Below are positions 8,159 through 17,356 of a DNA stretch of 36,314 nucleotides, piece by piece (within the stretch, counting starts at the first letter, position 1; the number at the start of each line of letters is the position of its first letter). The stretch is taken from positions 1 through 36,314 of IMG/VR virus record IMGVR_UViG_3300009702_000017. One strand, given 5' to 3'. A program made the position numbers and the translations under genes. Origin of the DNA: a virus. The notes below the pieces were generated by a model, which did not search any database, had not been told where the DNA came from, and worked only from the letters and a program-made list of their open reading frames with translations.

Positions 8159-10630
8159 ATGGTAGCCAACACCTCCCTTGACTTCGGGTTGCATGGTAAA
8201 GCCCAGGACAACCGTTTCCCAATCTCACAAGAGACGGATGGAAGTAGTTGGGAGGCTACGCCTACCTACATTAGCAAGGATTGGGCCTTCGCTGGTATCA
8301 ACAAGCTTCACTGGGACCAATATCATCCGTACCAACTGCTTGTCATTGATTACTCTACCGGTTCCCCACAGGTAGACAACAAGTGGGAGTTCACTCTTCC
8401 AATCAGCCCAAGCGATTTGCGCACTACGCTGCCCTTCGCTATCAGAACTACGATTACGCAAGGTGGTGTAGTAGAGCAACACAATGGAGTACGGGCCATG
8501 CCAATCGTGTTCAGCGGTACATTTGGCACAATGCTAGATCGTCCTACTAGTGGCTACTTCGAGCCCTTCAGTAATGGTAGAGCTATCTTTGCTGGTGTTG
8601 TTACGGGATTCTCGCGTGCTAATGCAGCAGCCGACACACAAGTCACCAAGAAGCTGCAAGAAGCGGCTATGGTCTCTGACACAGACATCAGCAGTAAGGA
8701 TGCTGGCAAGACCACAGGGTATTATCAAGCCAGAATGATGAGCCAGTTCCTTGAATCCTACGCGGCAATGAAGCAGACGGAAGAAGGAAGAAACCGGGTA
8801 CTTGCGCTTGCTATATGGAAGGATGAGGCCGTGTACCTTGGCACCCCAGTCCAGTACATCTCACATCGAAGCGCAAACGATCCATTCGGCTATAGCTATA
8901 CCTTCGCTTTCAAAGCGTGGAAGCGCGTTGACCTGAAGGAACCAAAGTTCCATACGAGTGCAAAACCTTCTCTAACAGCGGACAAGGACACCTACCACAA
9001 GATCCTCGACAAAGTAATCCAAGCCAGAAAGGTATTGCAGAATCTCGCCTCTGGCATTAGCTCAATGCGCTCTGACCTTCAATACGCTGTGCTAGATAGT
9101 CTTCGTCAAGTCAACCTCTTCACCAAAGATGTATTGGGTGTGCCTCTGGCTATTGCCGACTTGCCAGCAAACATCATCAAAGACATGTATGAGCCTGCAA
9201 TGCAGACCGTAGCAGCTACCAAGAGAAATGTCTCTGGCATTGGGCAAGCGTCAGATCTACTTACCTCCAACATTGACAATGACGCTCAATACCTCATCAA
9301 CCAGCTTACAGCAGCCGGCGTTATTGAAGGCGCTGTGTCTACTGGTCGGGCGCAGTCAAGCGGAGCGAAGCCAAACCTATCTCTGCCAGCACGTAACATC
9401 TTCAATAACCCTAACCGCTACTACAGTGTCCTATCTCAAATCCAGCCTGGGCGGCTCAACCTACCTCCCCACCTGAAGGACTTCATCAATAGAGAGCGAG
9501 CGAAGACACAGAAGATGACCACCAAGGACTTCCGTGCTCTCCGTGACACCATCGAGACTGCGGCTGAAACGCTTGCAGAAGCGGTTGGGGCGGTTAGCTC
9601 GCCCGCTACTAGTAAGAGCCCCACGGACAATGACTACTCTGTGCTATGGGCTCTCAACGACGTATCTATGGCGCTGTCGAAGCTTGCTCTGGCGCCACCA
9701 CCCTCGGTAACTACCAACCCACTCGATTACGTGGCAGGGCTAGCTAGCCAGAGTGGCATTGCGTTCAAGGTACCTGTATCCAAGTATGCTGTACCATTCC
9801 CATACGGTGCCTCGCTAGAGTCGTTGGCTGCGAAGTATCTTGGCGACCCTCAACGGTGGCATGAGATTTCCTCGCTAAACGTCCTGGAAGATCCATACGT
9901 GGACGAAACGGGGTTCAGCTATCCCCTATTGAGTAATCCTACCAAAAACACTGTCGTAGTAGCTAGCGCGACTAATATGTACGTGGGGCAGCAAGCGTGG
10001 CTTGGCTCTTCTACTGTACCGGCGTTTACACGTCGCGTCCTGGACATCAAAGTAGTAGATGCGACGCAAACTCTTATTGAAGTAGATGGTGACGAACTCA
10101 CGGGCCTCAACACACTCAACAGTGCCTACATCAAAGCATACCTACCAAACACGATCAACTCGGGTATGGTACTCTACATCCCTAGCGACAAGCCGCCTAT
10201 CGATGGGGACACGTTCGTCACCACACACATTCCAACTGTGGATGAATACGACCCCATGCTCCATGTGGGTGGTATTGACCTGATGCTAACGGCTGAAGGG
10301 GACTTGGCTATCACTGATACTGGCAACTGCCAGCTTGCGTATGGGATGGCGAACCTGATTCAGCGTGTGAAGATTGCGGTTGGTACTCCCAAGGGCTCCA
10401 TGCTACTACATCCAGACTTTGGGATTGGTGTGCGCATTGGTTCTAACACAGCAGACGTGAACGCACACGACATCCTCAGTCAAGCAAAGCGCATGCTCTC
10501 GAACGATCCAGCGTTCTCTGGTGTGCTTGGTGCAGCCGTAAACAAGAACGGCCCTAGCCTCTCCATTGCGCTCGAAGTGGGAGTAGCCAGGACCGACAAG
10601 ATCCTACCCATTGTTGTGGATCTTCGGTAA
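8159..10630 (+). CDS. Baseplate fusion protein: tube-initiator-like N-terminus, LysM-like segment, gp25/GPW-like C-terminus
   Basis: FTLPISPS..R.TITQGG N-terminus; GASLESLAAKYLGDPQRWHEISSLN (LysM/gpX-like); GIDLML...NLIQRVKIAVGTPKGSMLLHPDFG (gp25-like). Confidence 0.7.
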   Translation: MVANTSLDFGLHGKAQDNRFPISQETDGSSWEATPTYISKDWAFAGINKLHWDQYHPYQLLVIDYSTGSPQVDNKWEFTLPISPSDLRTTLPFAIRTTITQGGVVEQHNGVRAMPIVFSGTFGTMLDRPTSGYFEPFSNGRAIFAGVVTGFSRANAAADTQVTKKLQEAAMVSDTDISSKDAGKTTGYYQARMMSQFLESYAAMKQTEEGRNRVLALAIWKDEAVYLGTPVQYISHRSANDPFGYSYTFAFKAWKRVDLKEPKFHTSAKPSLTADKDTYHKILDKVIQARKVLQNLASGISSMRSDLQYAVLDSLRQVNLFTKDVLGVPLAIADLPANIIKDMYEPAMQTVAATKRNVSGIGQASDLLTSNIDNDAQYLINQLTAAGVIEGAVSTGRAQSSGAKPNLSLPARNIFNNPNRYYSVLSQIQPGRLNLPPHLKDFINRERAKTQKMTTKDFRALRDTIETAAETLAEAVGAVSSPATSKSPTDNDYSVLWALNDVSMALSKLALAPPPSVTTNPLDYVAGLASQSGIAFKVPVSKYAVPFPYGASLESLAAKYLGDPQRWHEISSLNVLEDPYVDETGFSYPLLSNPTKNTVVVASATNMYVGQQAWLGSSTVPAFTRRVLDIKVVDATQTLIEVDGDELTGLNTLNSAYIKAYLPNTINSGMVLYIPSDKPPIDGDTFVTTHIPTVDEYDPMLHVGGIDLMLTAEGDLAITDTGNCQLAYGMANLIQRVKIAVGTPKGSMLLHPDFGIGVRIGSNTADVNAHDILSQAKRMLSNDPAFSGVLGAAVNKNGPSLSIALEVGVARTDKILPIVVDLR

Positions 10631-11565
10631 CTATCCTTCCGCCTTAGTATGGGATCGTGGTACGCGCTCTATAACGTGATAAGGGTCCACGTCTCCTTGG
10701 TACAGGCGGTAGAAGCTTCCATCTGAACAATGCTCAATGTACCAACTTCTGAACGGACACTTATCCTCATGAGCATCCCGTAGATTCTTGAGACCAATAA
10801 ATACAGCACCACACCACTTACACTTGTACTCGGTATTTCTGTCCAGTTCCGGCTCTCTGGTAGTGATTGCAGATGGATACGCAACCCCTAGGCGCAGGTT
10901 GGGATAAGGCCCAATCCAAGTGTTCTTGTACTCGTCGGCATTGGTTTCTTCTTCTTCAAGAGGAACGGCTCTGTGCATAATGGACTTATGTATGTTGTAG
11001 GATAGTTCGGTAGAGAACTTCTGATTACAGTATTCGCATGAGAATGGATAATCTACCTTCTGGCCCGAGTGCGGATCGGACTCCACCTTCCGGCGGATCC
11101 TCAGAGAAAAGGAGGTATTTGTGCCCTCAAGGAATGAGCGCACCTCGACAGGCACATTCATCTTCGAGGACTCCTTGATACCTTCTGTCATTCCCTTGGA
11201 GATTCCTCTGTCCACATAGACTACGACAAGATCACACACCTTGCGAAACTCGGTACCAGCGGCAATGCCTTGGCACGCTCCTCTGATACAGTGTCATCAA
11301 GAACACCTTCCTGTGTGTACAGGCCATGGCTAGCATACGGCGCCTCTCCGCGTTTTAAGCAATCGACCATGCACCTGCGTAGGTACTTTAGATTCTCCTC
11401 TACGAGCGTGTGGATACAATACGCTTCGATGAGATATTTGGGCACCAGCAAAACCGAATTGATCGCCCGTCGAATCAACGTAGAAACGGTGATTCCCAAT
11501 TCAAATTCGATTGAACCAATGGCTTTGGCCATTGATCTTGGTAGAGAATAGTTCGCCGCCCCCAT
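10631..11565 (-). pseudogene. Frameshifted DUF7768/nucleoside-deoxyribosyltransferase-like protein with C-terminal zinc fingers
   Basis: ORFs 11221..11565 and 10631..11239 join across a 1-bp gap at ~11268: ...DCLKRGEAPYASHGLYTQEGVLDDTVSEERAK|GIAAGTEFRKVCDLVVVYVDRGISKGM...; then CEYC-x12-H-x4-H and CKWC...H..C fingers. Start uncertain. Confidence 0.7.
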
Positions 11566-11666
11566 AGCGTAGATAGAGGTCTTTTTGCCGAGGGATCTAC
11601 AGCCATATCCCGTGCGAATGCTCTGGCTAGCTTCTTACTGAACATCTGTGTTCCCCGGAAAACTTC

Positions 11667-11768
11667 TCATTCTGCATCGTCCGAATAGTACCAAGGAAAT
11701 CCATACCCAACAGCAAAGGAACCAAGGCTAATGAGTATACATCCACCTACCACAAGACTGACAATCAC
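11667..11768 (-). CDS. Small membrane protein (33 aa)
   Basis: GTG start after GAGGAGG; MIVSLVVGGCILISLGSFAVGYGFPWYYSDDAE. Confidence 0.45.
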   Translation of the reverse strand: MIVSLVVGGCILISLGSFAVGYGFPWYYSDDAE

Positions 11769-11880
11769 CTTTCCTCCTCTTCCATTTTCATGAGCTTCTT
11801 GACTACCAGCTGTCCTACAACGAGCCCTAGGCCCCATGACAATGCGATGCCCCCACAATCCATCCAAGAAACACACTCAT
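11765..11880 (-). pseudogene. Frameshifted small membrane protein
   Basis: Adding one G to the G5 run (11850..11854) gives MSVFLGWIVGGIALSWGLGLVVGQLVVKKLMKMEEEER*, with 4-bp start/stop overlaps at both ends. Confidence 0.45.
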
Positions 11881-12164
11881 AGTGGCTCCTTTCCGTCGTT
11901 TCGAAATTGAGTAAGAATCAGCTTGGCCTCAATTGGCATAGCACTCCAACTAGCGGGACAGTCCTGGCACTCGAAGATGACCCGAGTAATAGGAGGACCA
12001 TATCGGGTTGGGTCAGGATCCTCTCGGCTTGAGAAGTCTACCAGACCATCTTTCACGCCATATTTGGCCGAGATAGTACGAGACATATTTGCCTTCAGTC
12101 GCCTACTACCACATTGCCAACATGCCAAAGGCACATACGTAGCGTTTACGCTATTCATTCTCAA
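11877..12164 (-). CDS. Zinc-ribbon protein
   Basis: CWQC...CQDC pair; packed in the operon. Confidence 0.65.
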   Translation of the reverse strand: MRMNSVNATYVPLACWQCGSRRLKANMSRTISAKYGVKDGLVDFSSREDPDPTRYGPPITRVIFECQDCPASWSAMPIEAKLILTQFRNDGKEPL

Positions 12165-12561
12165 ACTCCCTTAGGCGTTCAGTCCAGTAGCCTCGAAGGT
12201 CGTCGGCTGTCTTCTCTTTCTCTAGGTCTCGCTCATTCCTTTTCTTGTCCATCTCTGTAACGAGCTTCACCAACACTGCCTTGACGTACTCTTCCCAAGG
12301 TCCATGGAAAAGGAAATGGTCTTTGGCGTACACTTCCACGTACGACACCACCGTTGCGTCTCGCGAGGGTTCCACGTAGATATGGGTAGAAAGCATAGTG
12401 TGGTTGTACAAAATACGAACCCCATTTGCTCGATAGGAATTGGTTTTCTGCATACCCACAATACCCTCCTGGTGGGCCTCTCGCAATACCGAACCCATCC
12501 GCGTAGGATACTCCAGCGCTTCTGCTGCTTGTGCTTCGGCTTCTTCTTTGGTCAATGCCAT
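12151..12561 (-). CDS. Hypothetical protein (136 aa)
   Basis: GAGGGA RBS and the accessory motif upstream. Confidence 0.75.
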   Translation of the reverse strand: MALTKEEAEAQAAEALEYPTRMGSVLREAHQEGIVGMQKTNSYRANGVRILYNHTMLSTHIYVEPSRDATVVSYVEVYAKDHFLFHGPWEEYVKAVLVKLVTEMDKKRNERDLEKEKTADDLRGYWTERLREFENE

Positions 12562-12620
12562 TTCTATCCCTCTCGCTTAATAGGTAAGCCCAAGTCTACG
12601 ATGTTGTTTCCTACTCTACT

Positions 12621-12633
12621 TACAGCGAGAAAA
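12621..12633 (-). promoter_or_regulatory. Accessory-gene upstream motif TTTTCTCGCTGTA
   Basis: Intergenic; identical to 595..607; flanked by TTAACA and TAGAGT. Confidence 0.6.
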
Positions 12634-12749
12634 CATTGTTAAGCCCTAGTGCAGGACTACGGCATTCAGACAGAGGGCAGTGAGAGGAGGTCCGGACTTG
12701 CTTATCAGACGATCGTAGATGCCATTCTCTGTATCCTTCTTGCCCATGT

Positions 12750-13130
12750 TCACTCCCTTTTGCATCCATCAGGGGTACAGCTTACAACGTAAGGTGATTT
12801 GTTGTACCCCAGAGGAGTTACGACACATTCCTCTGCGACATGATAGAATTCGTATCTGCACTGATCCGAGCTACCTCCTCCGCTGTATGCTACAAAGTGA
12901 CGCATTTGCCAGATGATGTGAGCGGCCCGTGTTTCGTTGGGAGTGTTTATCACCTTGGCGACACAAGATCCAATATCCATAAAAAGGAGGGAGAGTAGGA
13001 CAACCTAGAAGGAAAGTGTGGCAACAGTACCCACTAACCCCAACTAGCTTCGCGTTGTATATCTACATCGGAATCTTTTGTGGCCTTTTCTACTTCTTCG
13101 TCGTACCTGCTTCTACGTGTATAGGTATCC
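12750..13130 (-). pseudogene. Interrupted membrane protein
   Basis: ORF 12750..12980 extends upstream in frame as GLVGTVATLSF*VVLLSLLF (TAG at 13005..13007) and probably across a G-run shift near 13040. Start uncertain. Confidence 0.4.
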
Positions 13131-13143
13131 CATACTTGTCACA

Positions 13144-13476
13144 TCATCCCTCCACCCGTAGAATCACAAAATGCAATTCGGTTTTGTTTTTTGTCTTGGA
13201 TACAAGGATTGAGCGCGAATGTGTTGCGCAAAAAATATTTGGCCATGGGTGCCGCGTTGACTCAGGGCTGTTCGACCACATCCATTTGTAGGCAAGAGCA
13301 GCAAGCTCGCCCTTGCGCAGATACCCATCCTCGTTGCCATCCTCGATTTCGACTGGCCAGAAGTCCCCCTTATAGCCATATTCAAAGCAAACTACGAATT
13401 TATCAATCACTTCTGGAAGGTACAGGCGACAGGGCTTGTCGTCTACGAACTCCACGTAACCAATTGTTCTACTCAT
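13144..13476 (-). CDS. Hypothetical protein (110 aa)
   Basis: AGGAG RBS; overlaps the end of the upstream SLOG gene. Confidence 0.6.
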   Translation of the reverse strand: MSRTIGYVEFVDDKPCRLYLPEVIDKFVVCFEYGYKGDFWPVEIEDGNEDGYLRKGELAALAYKWMWSNSPESTRHPWPNIFCATHSRSILVSKTKNKTELHFVILRVEG

Positions 13477-13870
13477 TCGTGTCTCCTAGCATGAATTCTG
13501 GTATAGGTGGTAGCTCGCTATCAGGTCGCACAACGTCAACATGTAGGCCAGCCTTTCTGGCCCTCCTAATGGTGTTTAGCGTTCCCTTACTCACCTTCGC
13601 CAATCCATCCCAGAACGCCACCACCCAATCGGCCTTGGCAATGATATCCGCATTGCGGAACATTCCAGCGGCAACAGCCCAGCGATCCCAGTTTGCCTCA
13701 AGCTCCTGTGTGGCTAGGGCACGTTCCTTCGCAAGTGCTATTGCAAGGGTGTCAACTCCCCTAGCACCACCAGAAACGACGCCTACGCCTTCAGGCAACG
13801 ACTCTACAAAAACCGTGACCTTATCCAAGGGGCCGTACTCGCGGCCACCGACAATCGCTACCTACTTCAT
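13469..13870 (-). pseudogene. SLOG-family (YspA/DUF2493-like) protein with in-frame TAG at codon 3
   Basis: MK*VAIVGGREY...VVSGGARGVDTLA...AAGMFRNADIIAKADWVVAFWDG..SKGT.NTI is the SLOG signature; TAG at 13862..13864. Confidence 0.8.
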
Positions 13871-13873
13871 ACT

Positions 13874-14132
13874 CTATATACAGCGTAAAACAAAAGCGAT
13901 CCACGTTGAGTATCCGAATTCGCCCACGCCCAGGCAACCATCATCAACGCACCACCTAGAGGAGTCATCCCACATGCCAATGCGAGAGTAGATATGCTCG
14001 GCCATAGCCACTTCATGTCTACGCCCAACGTACTCCCACCCCATGCTGCTCCTGATGGCCTTCCATTGGAACTGCGGAAGCTCTTTTTTTGAGAAACGCT
14101 ATCGTAGGACGGATGAGAATGGGATCGGTCAT
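13874..14132 (-). pseudogene. Frameshifted hypothetical protein
   Basis: Removing one A from the A7 run (14084..14090) gives an 85-aa ORF, MTDPILIRPTIAFLKKELPQFQWKAIRSSMGWEYVG..., that fills the gap between neighbours. Confidence 0.5.
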
Positions 14133-14133
14133 A

Positions 14134-14457
14134 TTACCCCTTGTGATCTGGCTTTACGAGAGCGAAGTATTGTGGTATGGGACGGTCTTTCAAGACCGAC
14201 GCGAGGCTGTCCTGATCCTTGTTCCGTTGAGCTTTCGCGCCATCAAGAAACCCCTGCCAATAAAGCGCACGCATGCGCATGTCCATAGCCTTGTTCGAAA
14301 GTGCCTTTGCCTGTGCCAGGACATGGGGCACAGGGGGTCTTGGGACTGGCTTCAGATCCACGTAGAGGGTACCCGAAACAAAAGCTATACAGGAGAGTGC
14401 GAGGGCAACAGCAAGCCCCCATACCCATCGAACAGACCCGTCGTCGTAGTTCATCAT
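14134..14457 (-). CDS. Membrane-anchored hypothetical protein
   Basis: N-terminal TM segment WVWGLAVALALSCIAFVSG; ATGA coupling. Confidence 0.65.
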   Translation of the reverse strand: MMNYDDGSVRWVWGLAVALALSCIAFVSGTLYVDLKPVPRPPVPHVLAQAKALSNKAMDMRMRALYWQGFLDGAKAQRNKDQDSLASVLKDRPIPQYFALVKPDHKG

Positions 14458-14666
14458 GCTACCTCAGACAGACCAAGCATGCTCTTGCACTTTGAGCATG
14501 TGAGCATCACATGAGCGACGCCATTGCCCGCGTACACATTCCAAACTGTACCAGAGGCACCGCACATAGGTTCAAGGGGAACGTTTAGCCGAATACCATT
14601 GGGATCAGCGACATGCCACTGACCGTCAGCAGGCACATACACGCATACATCGACATCGCTCTTCAT
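14454..14666 (-). CDS. Small Cys/His-containing hypothetical protein
   Basis: AGGAG RBS; WH...CG...TCSKC pattern. Confidence 0.65.
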   Translation of the reverse strand: MKSDVDVCVYVPADGQWHVADPNGIRLNVPLEPMCGASGTVWNVYAGNGVAHVMLTCSKCKSMLGLSEVA

Positions 14667-14697
14667 GCTGTTCTCCTGGTTGAGGGGGATCGAAATC

Positions 14698-15150
14698 CTA
14701 CTCTGATGGTATCAGCTTGTCAACCTTCTCCACCATCAACTTCACCTTCTGCAACACATCCCGTGTCTCTAGCTCAGTCTTCAGAGCAACCGCAAGTGTC
14801 TTCTTCGACCTAGCTCTATCTCGCTCCTCTTGTCGATTTTGAGCCATCATGATTAGTGGCGCTTGAATCGCCGAAAGACATGACAAAGCCAAGTTGAGCA
14901 AGATGAACGGGTACGGATCGAAAGCTCGTGATAGGATGAAGCCAAGATTAAGCGACATCCAAAACACGATTGCCGCAAGGAAGAGCAGAATGAACTTACC
15001 CGAACCAAGAAACGCAACGGTGCGGTCAATGAAACGCTGTACGATCCCACCATCTTCCTCCGGCTCATTAATCTCTGCTAGAAGCTCGCTCCTCGCATTG
15101 TCCCGTTCCTCCAAGGGCCGGATGAGGCTCTTGCGTTTCGTGGTTGGCAT
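14698..15150 (-). CDS. DUF1003-family membrane protein
   Basis: FDPYPFILLNLALSCLSAIQAPLIMMAQNRQEERDR is the DUF1003 signature. Start placed at ATG 15150, 13 nt after a CAATCTAT motif (15156..15163). Confidence 0.85.
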   Translation of the reverse strand: MPTTKRKSLIRPLEERDNARSELLAEINEPEEDGGIVQRFIDRTVAFLGSGKFILLFLAAIVFWMSLNLGFILSRAFDPYPFILLNLALSCLSAIQAPLIMMAQNRQEERDRARSKKTLAVALKTELETRDVLQKVKLMVEKVDKLIPSE

Positions 15151-15361
15151 GCTGAATAGATTGCGTCTGCGCATTAGCACTGAAATAGTCATCTACAGAG
15201 TTACAGATAGCCGCCATCCAAAAGAAGCACATCAAGATGACCACCCAAGTGAGGTAGATACTCCTACGGTTCCGCGTCCTCGCTTCCTTCCGAAGCGCCT
15301 AGGCCTGCTTGTTATCGTGCTCTAGCTTTTCGACAAACTGTTCCAGATTAAATTGAGTCGT

Positions 15362-15652
15362 CTACACATCTACCGTCTCGTCATTAGGAAGAGTGGTGTC
15401 GTTGTAGAGAACCTTGCAGCACGTCCTGCAAAGATCGGTTTCTTCGTCAAGCCAGTTGCGTAAATCCCTCCCATAGTAAAAGTAGATGTGTTGAAGAGAA
15501 CTGGATACGTACCCTTCTACACCGCACATAAGATACAGACCACATTGAGAGTACATAGTAGATGGCACGCCATCGTCGTTAACTCCAACTGCGATGGCGT
15601 GCAACTTCTTTCCGTACTCGTTTCATCCAATCAGCATATTCAGCCTACTCAT
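15362..15652 (-). pseudogene. Cys-containing hypothetical protein with in-frame TGA
   Basis: MSRLNMLIG*NEYGKKLHAIAVG...CG...CRTC; TGA at 15623..15625 is in frame with ORF 15362..15604. Confidence 0.5.
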
Positions 15653-15821
15653 TATCATTCTCTTTGTCATGATCTTCTGGAAGATGACCCACGTAGTCAC
15701 CATCGTCAAGTCCCCGTGGGTGCTCTGCGCAGATAAGCTCCCCGCATCCATTACAGAAGTCGTCTACATCTACTGGGTTTCCACACAGGTAACACAGGGC
15801 TGCGTCGTCGTACTTGTTCAT
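15645..15821 (-). CDS. Small zinc-finger protein (58 aa, below the ORF-track cutoff)
   Basis: MNKYDDAALCYLCGNPVDVDDFCNGCGELICAEH...; ATGA overlap with the kinase stop. Confidence 0.65.
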   Translation of the reverse strand: MNKYDDAALCYLCGNPVDVDDFCNGCGELICAEHPRGLDDGDYVGHLPEDHDKENDNE

Positions 15822-16582
15822 CCGTTCCTCACAGCATTGGCAAGGTTAGCTACCTTGATCTTGAAGTCCGATAGAGTTCCGTTGTTGTTGATGTCCAGCG
15901 TAACCAACTCGTCCATGAGTGGGTCATTCTGCTCTACTTCGCTGGAATGCTTGGCTACGTCTCCACTCAAGCCAGCGCCGTTGCGATTGATGCGCCATAC
16001 CTCACCGCCAGCCTTTTGGATCGCCTTGGCCTCGTTGAGGTAACGGCAGTCCGAGATTACTACTACACCATAGCCATCTTGCTGTAAGCTCTTCGCTCTA
16101 TTCAAAGCAATCTTGAGCCAGAAGTTCTCATTCACATGCAAACGTACCCATTCCCCCAAATGCTGTAGCGCAAAGCGAGCACTGATTTGGGGCTGTGTCA
16201 AAATTTCGTCCAACCAACCCCCATGTTTGATCTGGAGAGCATTCGATGAAACCTTGTCGATCTCGTACTTATTGCACCAATCGGAAAACCAAATGATACG
16301 ATTGGTGCGAGTGTCGATGCGTGTCTGCACATGCTTCGGTACCTTTCGATAGTGCTTGTCTAGGAACCGCTCCTTTGGTAGGTACCGCTGGTCCACTCGA
16401 TTGCGGTACTGACTTGGGCCATAGAGGGTCTTGTGGCTGAACCCAAAGACATGGCCAACCAGATCCTTTAGCGGCTCTGCGAACCCGATCTTCTTACCGA
16501 AGGTCTGCTTCACAATCACGTCAGCCGCAGTGTCCTTTCCAGACCCAGCATGTCCCATCAACCCAATCAGTCTCGTTCTCAT
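15818..16582 (-). CDS. Deoxynucleoside monophosphate kinase (T4 gp1-like)
   Basis: LIGLMGHAGSGKDTAA P-loop, FAEPLKD, R..LQ.LG, VVISDCRYLNE and HSSE motifs. Confidence 0.9.
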   Translation of the reverse strand: MRTRLIGLMGHAGSGKDTAADVIVKQTFGKKIGFAEPLKDLVGHVFGFSHKTLYGPSQYRNRVDQRYLPKERFLDKHYRKVPKHVQTRIDTRTNRIIWFSDWCNKYEIDKVSSNALQIKHGGWLDEILTQPQISARFALQHLGEWVRLHVNENFWLKIALNRAKSLQQDGYGVVVISDCRYLNEAKAIQKAGGEVWRINRNGAGLSGDVAKHSSEVEQNDPLMDELVTLDINNNGTLSDFKIKVANLANAVRNG

Positions 16583-16722
16583 CGTTCCTCCCGAATGTAC
16601 TTCTTGATCTTCTCCAAGTCGGCAATCACAGCATCGATGGCCTTCAAGATGAGTAGCCTCTTGATGCTCTGGGAGCTAACCTGCTTGTTAGGCCCTGCGT
16701 GAGAATTGTCTCTTTCTGTCAT
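16579..16722 (-). CDS. Small hypothetical protein (47 aa)
   Basis: GAGGA RBS; MTERDNSHAG...KKYIREER; ATGA overlap with the kinase. Confidence 0.55.
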   Translation of the reverse strand: MTERDNSHAGPNKQVSSQSIKRLLILKAIDAVIADLEKIKKYIREER

Positions 16723-16773
16723 TTGAAATCCTCTTGTCACCTAGTTGAACCCCATACCAAGTATACAGCGTAG

Positions 16774-16808
16774 AAAAACAAAAAGGCCGCCGACTTTCGT
16801 CAGCGGCC
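16774..16808 (-). terminator. Rho-independent terminator after the tail tube gene
   Basis: GGCCGCTGAC-GAAA-GTCGGCGGCC followed by TTTTTGTTTTT on the - strand. Confidence 0.85.
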
Positions 16809-16845
16809 CGGAACGGCGCCTCCACCATGGAGGCTTTATCCGGCC

Positions 16846-17337
16846 TTATGCCGGAAGAGTTGCGGCGTCAGACGCCTCTGCGTTGGCATTTCCACCACCG
16901 CTAGACGATTCGTCGTCTTCTAGGATGCCCATGTAGGGTAGCTGCATCTTCGTTAGCTGACCGGCAGTGAAGCCTGTGCTGAAGCCAAGTGGACGTACAC
17001 TATGGATGACGGCCACCGCTTCGCCGCTCTGTCGATCGATCACGCTAATGTCAATCGGCTCATGCTTCATCAAATCCTGAAGCTTCGGGACGGAGGCAGC
17101 AACCCGCGCGCCGTGACCAACGATGCGCCAGCCACTAGCTGAAATGTGCACCGGCTCGTAGCTCAAATAGTCGATCGACTGTGCGCTGTAGGCGCCCAGA
17201 ATCTTGGTAGCCGCGGCTCCATACACGACGCTGTAGTCAAAGTTGTCGAAGATTCCGATCAACCTTGTCTTACCGCCAGTATTTGGGTCGGTGAAGTAGA
17301 CCTTCGCCCGAGCGCCGTTCATCATCTTTGCTGCCAT
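16846..17337 (-). CDS. Tail tube protein
   Basis: 163 aa, beta-rich, immediately after the sheath; AAAGGAG RBS. Confidence 0.8.
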   Translation of the reverse strand: MAAKMMNGARAKVYFTDPNTGGKTRLIGIFDNFDYSVVYGAAATKILGAYSAQSIDYLSYEPVHISASGWRIVGHGARVAASVPKLQDLMKHEPIDISVIDRQSGEAVAVIHSVRPLGFSTGFTAGQLTKMQLPYMGILEDDESSSGGGNANAEASDAATLPA

Positions 17338-17356
17338 GTTACGTCTCCTTTAGAGG

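Noticed and set aside
13191-13991. 266-aa + strand ORF and other long antisense ORFs (e.g. 20355..21050, 17720..18220, 31948..32403)
   Set aside because: They overlap recognisable genes on the opposite strand and show no motifs of their own.
13005-15364. Amber (TAG) recoding, suggested by in-frame TAGs at 13005, 13862 and 15299 that would all read well as Leu
   Set aside because: Long genes have no internal TAG. TAG ends genes at tight junctions (22842/22845, 33019/33022, 34379). A TGA and several indels interrupt the same region. No CTA-anticodon tRNA is present; the TAG-anticodon tRNA reads CUA.
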